Of a DNA stretch of 64,000 bases, positions 56,691-64,000 are shown piece by piece. The translations under genes were made by a program, and so were the position numbers. Within the stretch, counting starts at the first letter, position 1. Each line of letters starts with the position of its first letter. Under the pieces are notes generated by a model. The model did no database searches and had not been told where the DNA came from. It saw only the letters and a list, made by a program, of their open reading frames with translations. The stretch is from the NCBI GenBank assembly GCA_963781885.1, contig CAWAHW010000007.1, positions 448,001-512,000 on the forward strand, read 5' to 3'. The stretch is from an uncultured Spirochaetota bacterium. Its GTDB lineage: Bacteria > Spirochaetota > Spirochaetia > SZUA-6 > Fen-1364.

Positions 56691-56798
56691 TTGCCGCTCC
56701 TTTATCGCTGGATCTCTCGAAAGAGGTTGCCGACCCTGAGGCCCTTATTCCATCCTACTTACTTTTCGGCTAATTTCAAGCAGTTCTGCACTGCCTCC

Positions 56799-58610
56799 TC
56801 AGCCGCCGCGCGCCACGGCGGTCCCCGCGAGCTTCTCCGCCTGGTCCACCATGCCTCCCAGGAGGTCCAGCCCCTGGGTCCAGAAGCCGGGGTCGGCAAG
56901 ATTGACGCCGAGCGGCTTCACGAGCTCCGTCGGCCAGTCCGACCCGCCGCGGCCGAGCATGTCGATGTAGCGCGCGGGGAAGTCTTTTCCCGCCGAGAGG
57001 TAACGCGCGTACAACGCGCGGACCAGGAGATCCCCGAAAGCATAGGCATAGACGTAACCGGGCACGTGGATGAAATGCGTGACATAGCTCCACCATATGC
57101 CGTAATCGTCGGTCAGCGTGACGCTGTCGCCGAACATCGCCCTCTGCGATTGCAGCCACAGCGCCGCCAGGTCTTCGGTCGTCTGCTCACCCCGCGTCCG
57201 CCTGGCCGTGTGGGCCGCGTGCTCGAACCTGTTCATGGCCACCTGCCGGAAGACGGTTGCAAATGAAGACTCGATCTCGCGGACCAGCATGGAGAGGACC
57301 ACCTTCGGGTCTTTCTCCCGCGCGATGAGGTGCTGGAAGACGACCGTCTCGCCGAATACCGACGCGGTCTCCGCCGTCGTGAGGGGCGTGTTCTGCCCCA
57401 GCACACCCCACTCCCGCGCGAGGTACTGGTGAACGCCGTGACCCAGCTCGTGGGCGAGCGTCATGACGTCCTCCGCGGTTCCCTGGAAGCTCATGAGGAT
57501 GTAGGGATGGACCGATGGGACGGTCGAGCTGCTGAAGGCGCCGCCGCGCTTGCCGGGGTGGACGGAGGCATCGATCCATCGCTTCTCGAAAAAAAGGGAA
57601 GCGATCTCCGCCATGCGCGGGTGGAACGAGCCATAGGCGGACAGCACGGTTTCCTTCGCCTCGTCCCAGGTGAAACGCCTTTCCGCGGCAGGCAGGGCCG
57701 CATAGCGGTCGTAGTCGTACAGGACGTCCAGGCCGAGCAGCTTCCTCTTCAGCCCGTAGTAGCGGGCGACGATTTCATAGCGGCCCGTCACCGCCGTGAC
57801 GAGCGCTTCCACCGTCTCGTCGTCCACCTGGTTGTCCATGTTGCGTGCGCTGATCCACGCCGGGAAGCGGCGGAGCGTGTCCTCGGAGGACTTTTCCGCG
57901 AGCAGCGTGTTCATGATGTACGTCGTTGTTCGCTGGATGGCGCGCAGTCCCTTCGTGAGCGATGCCGCAGCCGCCCGTCGGCGCTCGCGGTCCGGCTCGT
58001 AGAGCTGCCGCAGGATGACCTCCTGGCTGACCTGGCCGCCTTCCCACTCGTAGCGGTTGGAAGAGACCGTCTCGTCGAAATAGCGCACCCATGCCTGGCG
58101 CCCGGTCACCGCCTTCTCCGCGAGGATCTTCTCCTCGGGCTCGGAAAGAAGGTGCGGCTTGTAGCGCCGTGAAACGATGAGCCAATGGCGCCAGCGGGAA
58201 AGCAGCGGGTCGTCGATGAGGAGGGCCGCGGCGTCATCCGGTGCGTTTGCCCACTCCAGGTCGAGAAAGAGCGCCTGCTGGGAGAGCTGCGACTGCTTCT
58301 CCGCAACCTTCTGCAAGAGCGCGCCCCGGGCCGGGTCGTCGTTCTGCGTCGACCAGGAGAGCGACGCGTAGCTTTCCGCGCGGCCGACCATCTCGATGAG
58401 CTCTTCGTATTCGCCGAGAAGCACTTTCATCTCCGCCGCGGGGAGATCGGCGATCCTCCCCCGGTAGCGGTCCGCAAAGCGCGCGATCCGGCGCTCCGCC
58501 TCCGCGAGCAGTGTGTCGATGCCGCGCGCGGCGGGCGGTGTCACGAGATCGTCGAGATTCCAGAGGACATTTTCGGCGCCGGTGGGAAGGCGCGGCTCGT
58601 CGATTTTCAT
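56799..58610 (-). CDS. pepF: M3B oligoendopeptidase F
   Basis: WNLDDL, GKRGGAFS, HPYILM, TLAHELGHGVH, AETAS, YVYAYAFG. Confidence 0.9.
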   Translation of the reverse strand: MKIDEPRLPTGAENVLWNLDDLVTPPAARGIDTLLAEAERRIARFADRYRGRIADLPAAEMKVLLGEYEELIEMVGRAESYASLSWSTQNDDPARGALLQKVAEKQSQLSQQALFLDLEWANAPDDAAALLIDDPLLSRWRHWLIVSRRYKPHLLSEPEEKILAEKAVTGRQAWVRYFDETVSSNRYEWEGGQVSQEVILRQLYEPDRERRRAAAASLTKGLRAIQRTTTYIMNTLLAEKSSEDTLRRFPAWISARNMDNQVDDETVEALVTAVTGRYEIVARYYGLKRKLLGLDVLYDYDRYAALPAAERRFTWDEAKETVLSAYGSFHPRMAEIASLFFEKRWIDASVHPGKRGGAFSSSTVPSVHPYILMSFQGTAEDVMTLAHELGHGVHQYLAREWGVLGQNTPLTTAETASVFGETVVFQHLIAREKDPKVVLSMLVREIESSFATVFRQVAMNRFEHAAHTARRTRGEQTTEDLAALWLQSQRAMFGDSVTLTDDYGIWWSYVTHFIHVPGYVYAYAFGDLLVRALYARYLSAGKDFPARYIDMLGRGGSDWPTELVKPLGVNLADPGFWTQGLDLLGGMVDQAEKLAGTAVARGG

Positions 58611-58617
58611 GCCGCCA

Positions 58618-59928
58618 CTATAGGAAAAATCGCCCGGCCTGCACAGGGAGCGGCCCGCTCATGTCTGGGGGCAGAGCCCGTTCGAACCTCTCCAGCGCCG
58701 CGAGCCTCTCCCCGAGCGTCGGATGCGAGTAGTGGATGAAGCTGTAGAGCGGATGGGGCGAAAGATTGCTGAGATTGTCCTTGCCCAGGCGCAGGAGCGC
58801 CGTCCGCATGCCTGCCGCGGAGCCCACGCCCTCCACCGCGAAGCGGTCCGCCTCGTATTCCTGCCGGCGGGAGCGCAGGGAGACAAGGGGCTCGAGGAAG
58901 AACGTGAGGGGACCGGAGAAGAAGGCGAGAAGAACGAGTATCGAATGATAGCCGGGCTGCGTGATCCCGAATGCCTGGTAGAGCGGCGCCCATGGCAGCG
59001 CGAGACTCAGGATCCAGAATCCCACGGCCGAAGCGGCGATGGAGAACGCGAGGCCCTTCTTGATGTGGTTGCGCTTCTCATGCCCGATCTCGTGCGCGAG
59101 CACGGAGAGTATCTCCTCCATGCCGTGGGAGCTCACGAGCGTATCGTAGAGCACGATCCTCTTTGACCGGCCCAGGCCGGTGAAATAGGCGTTGGAGTGC
59201 CGCGAGCGTCGGCTGCCGTCCACCACGAATATGCCGCGCGTGCGGAAGGAAAGACGGGTTGCCAGCGCATCGATTGCCTGCCGCAGCTCTCCGTCGGGAA
59301 GCGGCGTGAACTTGTTGAAGAGAGGGGCGATGACCAGCGGCGCCAGGATGCTCATGACGAGCTCGAATGCCGTGAAGGCGCCGAATGCCCATATCCACCA
59401 GAAGGCCCCGGTGCGGTCCATGAACCAGAAAAGCGCGAGCAGCACCGGTATGCCGAGCACCGCCGAGATCCCGAGCCCCTTCGCCAGATCAGCAATCCAC
59501 GTCCGCGGAGTGGTCTTGTTGAAGCCGAAGCGCGCCTCGATGGAAAATGTCGCGTACAGGGAAAAAGGCAGACCGACGATCCAGAAAAGGAGCGCCACCG
59601 CGGCGATGAAGACCACGCCCTGGAGGTACGGGTGAAGGGGCAGGGTGCGGACGAGCGTGTCCAGCGTTCCGAGGAATCCCGTCAATACGACGAGGAGCCG
59701 TATGGCGGAGGAGACGAGACCCGCCAGCAGCCCGAATCTGCCATGCACGAGCGTGTAGGAGACGGAGCGCGCATAGGTCTCCTGGTCGATGCTTCCCGCG
59801 AATGCCGCCGGCACTGTCCCCGCGTTCTTCCTCACGTGACGCAGGTTGAGAAGGGTGAGTGTCGTCTCCCAGCCAAGGTCAACGAGGAAAAGGATGATGA
59901 AGAGGAGGAGTATCGTCTGCGCGCTCAT
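58618..59928 (-). CDS. M48 (Ste24-like) membrane zinc protease
   Basis: GFNKTT, PLFNKFTPL, DGSRRSRHSNAYFTG, LAHEIGH, EYEADRF, YSHPTL. Confidence 0.92.
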   Translation of the reverse strand: MSAQTILLLFIILFLVDLGWETTLTLLNLRHVRKNAGTVPAAFAGSIDQETYARSVSYTLVHGRFGLLAGLVSSAIRLLVVLTGFLGTLDTLVRTLPLHPYLQGVVFIAAVALLFWIVGLPFSLYATFSIEARFGFNKTTPRTWIADLAKGLGISAVLGIPVLLALFWFMDRTGAFWWIWAFGAFTAFELVMSILAPLVIAPLFNKFTPLPDGELRQAIDALATRLSFRTRGIFVVDGSRRSRHSNAYFTGLGRSKRIVLYDTLVSSHGMEEILSVLAHEIGHEKRNHIKKGLAFSIAASAVGFWILSLALPWAPLYQAFGITQPGYHSILVLLAFFSGPLTFFLEPLVSLRSRRQEYEADRFAVEGVGSAAGMRTALLRLGKDNLSNLSPHPLYSFIHYSHPTLGERLAALERFERALPPDMSGPLPVQAGRFFL

Positions 59929-59993
59929 GCTTGTCCTTCAGCATAAGCTAACCGCGCGCAGGCGGGAAGGCAAACGGAGAGGATTGCGCCCGC

Positions 59994-61016
59994 CTACCGG
60001 CCTGCCCTTTCGGCCGTCAGCCGCGTGAGGAAGGCCTGCACCGTGCGCAGGTGGACGGCGACCCGCGTGTCGAAATCGTCCCAGGATGGCGTTTCAACGG
60101 TGTAAGCATTCCGCACGCCGTGTATGCGCGCGTATTGGTCGAGTGCCATGCTGCGTCCCAACCCGATCCAGAAAAGCGCCGCCGCGGGCGTGCGGAGGAT
60201 GCCGTCGTGAACCGCGAAGATCCACTCACTGTAGTCATGGGCGGTCGGTCGGTGCATCGAGGCGACGACCTTCATATACTCGCTGCCCAGCCCCGCCGAG
60301 GGGGGCACGTATTGATAGATGAAATAGGCATTGCGCGCCGTCTCGTGGAGGTCCATCACCAGGTCGTAGGGACCGTCCTTCCGCATCAGGTCCTTGATGA
60401 AGCGCGCTTCCTGTGTCCGATGGGAAGAGAAATCCCTGTTCACGTCCTCTCCATCGCCGTCGTAGCGATAGCCGTAGACCCACCCCCACGGGTTGACGAC
60501 AGGTACGATGTCCATGCGCGCGTCCGCAAATCGCGACGGATCGCGCGCCATCCACGCGGCGAGCTCCAGGAGGGCCTGCGGACCGGCTGTCTCCGTTCCA
60601 TGCACGCCGCTCACCAGAAGGACGCGCAGGGGACGCGGCGCGCTGCGCGCCGGGGCAAAGCTCAGGAGGTGCACGGGGAGCGAGCCCTGGGCATAGCTCA
60701 CCATTCCTAGGATGGAGCGCGTCAGGCGCGGCGAGCCGACGGCCTGGATTTTGCGCTCGATGGTCTGCCAGTCCCGCGCGGGGGTAAACCGGAAACCCTC
60801 CGCGGGCCAATCCGACGCCTCGTGATGCGCAGCCGTGGAAACCGCGATGGCGATGCCGAGATTGCCCGCGATGAAGAGCGCAGCCGAAAAGACGACGGGC
60901 AGGAAAAAACGGCGCCGGGTGAGCCGCTCCAGGAGGCGGGCGCACGCTGCTGCCCCGGATTGCAGACACAGACGCCATCCCTCGGGGTGCGGTTGACGCG
61001 GACTCGGTGAGCTCAT
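59994..61016 (-). CDS. M14-family zinc carboxypeptidase/deacylase
   Basis: GVHGTE (HxxE), PVVNPWG, DVNRDF, DLHE, TVETP. Confidence 0.82.
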   Translation of the reverse strand: MSSPSPRQPHPEGWRLCLQSGAAACARLLERLTRRRFFLPVVFSAALFIAGNLGIAIAVSTAAHHEASDWPAEGFRFTPARDWQTIERKIQAVGSPRLTRSILGMVSYAQGSLPVHLLSFAPARSAPRPLRVLLVSGVHGTETAGPQALLELAAWMARDPSRFADARMDIVPVVNPWGWVYGYRYDGDGEDVNRDFSSHRTQEARFIKDLMRKDGPYDLVMDLHETARNAYFIYQYVPPSAGLGSEYMKVVASMHRPTAHDYSEWIFAVHDGILRTPAAALFWIGLGRSMALDQYARIHGVRNAYTVETPSWDDFDTRVAVHLRTVQAFLTRLTAERAGR

Positions 61017-61132
61017 GTGACATGCAGAGTATGCCCGGCGCGGCTGGCCTGATCAAGCGCGGCGGGTCGGCCTCGACGGTCGTTCTTGACACGGCGCCGG
61101 GTTCGTCACCACACTGCCCGGAGGTTTCCGGC

Positions 61133-64000
61133 ATGGAAGAAGCGGGATCAGACGTGCTTTCCCTTTTTCACCCGCTCATCCGCGCGTGGTTCCTCGACTC
61201 CGTTGGACAGCCGACCGAGGTGCAGGCGCAGGCATTGCCCGTCATTGCGCGCGGCTCCCACGTTCTTGTCTCCGCGCCCACGGGCACGGGAAAGACACTT
61301 GCCGCCTTCCTCTGGGGCATCAATCAGCTCGTGACGGGTGCCGTGCGCACCGGCAAGGTGCGCATCCTCTACATCTCCCCGCTCAAGGCGCTGAACAATG
61401 ACATCCAGCGCAACCTCCTGTCGCCCCTTGCCGCTCTTGGCGAAGTCTTCCGCGCCGCGGGACAGGAGTTTCCCGGCATCCGTGTCCTCACGCGCAGCGG
61501 CGACACGCCGGCGAACGAGCGCCGACGCATGCTCCAGCATCCCCCGGAGATCCTCATCACGACACCGGAGAGCCTCAATCTCATCCTTTCCTCGCCGGGC
61601 AGCAGGCTCATGCTCGACGGTGTCGCCACGGTCATCCTCGACGAGATACACGCCGTTGCCGGCACGAAGCGCGGCACGCACCTGCTAAGCGGCGTGGACA
61701 GGCTTGTCCGTCACTGCGGCGAGTTCCAGCGCATCGCGCTCTCGGCGACGGTGAAGCCGCTTGCGGTCGTGGCGGACCTCGTCGGGGGCTTCCGCATCGA
61801 GCGCGGCGGAGCCGAGCCCGTCTACCGCAAGCGCCCGGTGGCCATCGTGCAGTGCCCGATGGGAAAGACCTACGATCTGCGCATCGATTTTCCGGTGCCG
61901 GACAGGCCGTCCGCGGAGCCTGGTGACGAGCCGGTCTTCGACGCCCTTGCGCGCGCCTGCCGCCTCATCATCGCCGCCAACCGCACGACTCTCTTCTTCG
62001 TCAACTCGCGCCGTCACGCGGAGAAGCTCGCGCGCTTCATCAACGAGGGCGCGTCGGAGCCGCTCGTGTGGCCGCATCACGGCTCGCTTTCGCGCGAGCT
62101 GCGCCTGGTCGTGGAGCAGCGTCTGAAACGCGGCGAGCTCAAAGGCATCGTCGCGACGAGCTCCCTGGAGCTGGGCATCGACATCGGGAGCCTGGACCAG
62201 GTGATTCTCATCCAGACGCCGTTCACGGTGTCGTCCGCCGTGCAGCGCCTGGGGCGCGCCGGTCACCGCGTCGGCGAGCCCAGCCGCGGCGTGCTCTACC
62301 CCTTGCACGGCAAGGACATCGTGGATGCCGCGGTGACCGCGCGCTGCGTGCGCGAGCAGGACATCGAGGAGATCGCCCCGGTGCTCTGCCCGCTGGACGT
62401 GCTCGCCCAGGTCATCGTGTCCATGACATCGGTGGAGACGTGGAACACCGACGAGCTTTTCGATTTCATCCGTACGAGCTTCCCCTACAACGCGCTGCCG
62501 CGCCGTCATTTCGATCTTGTGCTCGGGATGCTCGCGGGCCGCTACGAGGAGACGCGCCTGCGCGACCTCTCCGCCATGATCTCCTGGGACCGGCTGGACT
62601 CCACCGTCCGCGCGAAAGAGGGCGCCCGCCTGCGCCTGGTGATGAGCGGCGGCACCATACCGGATCGCGGATACTTCAGCCTGCGCGCCGCCGACACGAA
62701 GGCGCTCATCGGCGAGCTGGACGAGGAGTTCGTCTGGGAGAGGTCACCCGGCGACACGTTTGTCTTTGGCGCCCAGGGCTGGCGCGTGCAGAAGATCGAT
62801 CACCAGAGCGTCGAGGTGGTGCCCGTCGAGCCGCGCATCGGCATGTCGCCATTCTGGAAGGCGGAGGAGCGCAACCGGACATTCCACGTCGCGCATCGCA
62901 TTGCCCGGGCGCTGGAGGAATGGAACGACCGCCTGGCAGATCCACGTTTTCCCGAGGAGCTTGCGCAGGGCTACGGCATGGAGCTGCCCGCGGCAGAGGG
63001 GGCAATTGCGTACCTGCGCGGCCAGCGCGACGCCACGGGAGGCGATCTTCCCCATCGACACCACCTGCTTGTTGAGCACACGCGGGATCCCGACGGCGGG
63101 GGAGAGGGCGCGAACATCTTCCTGCACACACTCTGGGGCGGGCGCGTGAATAGGCCCTTCAGCCTCGCCCTTTCGGCTGCCTGGGAGGAGAGGCACGGAT
63201 ACGCCCCCCAGATGTTCCAGACCGACGATTCGATCCTCCTTTTCCTGCCCGACGAGGCATCGGGACAGGAGATCCTCTCCCTCGTGAGCCCGGAAAACCT
63301 GGAGCGCCTGCTGCGGAAGAGCCTGGAAGGAAGCGGCTTTTTCGGCGCGCGATTCCGCGAGGCCGCCGGACGGGCCCTGCTGCTTCCCCGCGCGTCGGCG
63401 CGCCGGCGCACACCGCTGTGGCTCACGCGCCAGCGGGCGAAATCACTCTTTGCCGCCGTTGCCCCGTACGACGACTTCCCCCTTCTGCTGGAAGCGTGGC
63501 GCACGTGCCTCCGCGACGAGTTCGACCTTGAGAGTCTCCGCGCTCTGCTGGCGGAGCTTGGGTCGGGCGAGATCAGGATGACGGAGGTGAGCACCCCGGC
63601 GCCTTCCCCCTTCTGCGGCGAGCTTGTCTGGCGGCGGACGAACAGCCAGATGTATGAAGACGACACGCCGCCGGGCGCCGGCGGGACGGGGCTCCGCGCC
63701 GATCTCGTGCGGGAGCTTGCGCTGTCCGCCGACCTGCGGCCCCTCCTGCCGGCCGCGCTTGTCGCGGGGTTCCAGGCAAAGGCGCAGCGCACGGCGGAGG
63801 GCTATGCCCCGCGCGACGCGCGGGAGCTTCTGGACTGGGTGAAGGAAAGGCTGCTGGTGCCGGCGGCGGAGTGGGAGACGCTCCTGACCGCCTGCACGCG
63901 GGATTTCGGCTGCGCGCGCGGGGAGCTTCTCGCGGAGCTCGGGGAGAAGATCGTCGCGCGCGCGTTCGGTGACTCCGCCGGAACCTGTGTCGCGGCGGCG
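61133..64000 (+). CDS. lhr: Lhr-family DEAD/DEAH helicase, 3' end outside window
   Basis: Hand translation from ATG 61133 (GGAGG SD): FHPLIRAWF, APTGTGKT, YISPLKAL, RSGDT, ITTPESL, DEIH, HHGSLSRE, TSSLELGIDIG, QRLGRAGH, GGTIPDRG. Confidence 0.92.
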   Translation, partial: MEEAGSDVLSLFHPLIRAWFLDSVGQPTEVQAQALPVIARGSHVLVSAPTGTGKTLAAFLWGINQLVTGAVRTGKVRILYISPLKALNNDIQRNLLSPLAALGEVFRAAGQEFPGIRVLTRSGDTPANERRRMLQHPPEILITTPESLNLILSSPGSRLMLDGVATVILDEIHAVAGTKRGTHLLSGVDRLVRHCGEFQRIALSATVKPLAVVADLVGGFRIERGGAEPVYRKRPVAIVQCPMGKTYDLRIDFPVPDRPSAEPGDEPVFDALARACRLIIAANRTTLFFVNSRRHAEKLARFINEGASEPLVWPHHGSLSRELRLVVEQRLKRGELKGIVATSSLELGIDIGSLDQVILIQTPFTVSSAVQRLGRAGHRVGEPSRGVLYPLHGKDIVDAAVTARCVREQDIEEIAPVLCPLDVLAQVIVSMTSVETWNTDELFDFIRTSFPYNALPRRHFDLVLGMLAGRYEETRLRDLSAMISWDRLDSTVRAKEGARLRLVMSGGTIPDRGYFSLRAADTKALIGELDEEFVWERSPGDTFVFGAQGWRVQKIDHQSVEVVPVEPRIGMSPFWKAEERNRTFHVAHRIARALEEWNDRLADPRFPEELAQGYGMELPAAEGAIAYLRGQRDATGGDLPHRHHLLVEHTRDPDGGGEGANIFLHTLWGGRVNRPFSLALSAAWEERHGYAPQMFQTDDSILLFLPDEASGQEILSLVSPENLERLLRKSLEGSGFFGARFREAAGRALLLPRASARRRTPLWLTRQRAKSLFAAVAPYDDFPLLLEAWRTCLRDEFDLESLRALLAELGSGEIRMTEVSTPAPSPFCGELVWRRTNSQMYEDDTPPGAGGTGLRADLVRELALSADLRPLLPAALVAGFQAKAQRTAEGYAPRDARELLDWVKERLLVPAAEWETLLTACTRDFGCARGELLAELGEKIVARAFGDSAGTCVAAA

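Noticed and set aside
1-64000. Prophage, IS element, integron, tRNA, rRNA or CRISPR array
   Set aside because: No integrase, transposase, phage or cas genes, cloverleafs or spaced direct repeats found by eye

Overview
GC-rich bacterial chromosomal window with no tRNA, rRNA, CRISPR array or transposase that I can detect. A high-GC spirochaete is my guess from the lipobox and the PilZ, CsgG-like and FGE protein types; this is inference only. Routine content: a GH127/ABC sugar-uptake operon with an AraR-type regulator, an ABC1 kinase, a TolC-MFP-RND pump, hrpB, gltBD, ppc, lacD, dus, a PAS hybrid kinase, potABCD, ybaK, three metallopeptidases and a partial lhr. Best candidate for an undescribed system: a six-gene minus-strand envelope locus (23954-34377) encoding a small beta-barrel OMP, a DUF4384-like exported protein, a CHASE2 adenylate cyclase, a lipoprotein with three CsgG/LpoB-like repeats, a CsgG-like/coiled-coil/beta-barrel protein and an exported caspase-PEGA-FGE protein. 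The caspase linker and the DUF4384 protein share the peptide [ST]RGINDA, a candidate Arg cleavage site. Other leads: a DUF2089/pentapeptide-repeat/DrrAB module with shared AT-rich operators, a Zn-motif/cNMP-like/histone-H1-tail protein divergent from gltB, a structured leader before potA, and recurrent leaderless -10/ATG junctions. Five genes carry single-base frameshifts in G/C runs, probably long-read errors. All family calls come from motif recognition by eye; no database search was run.
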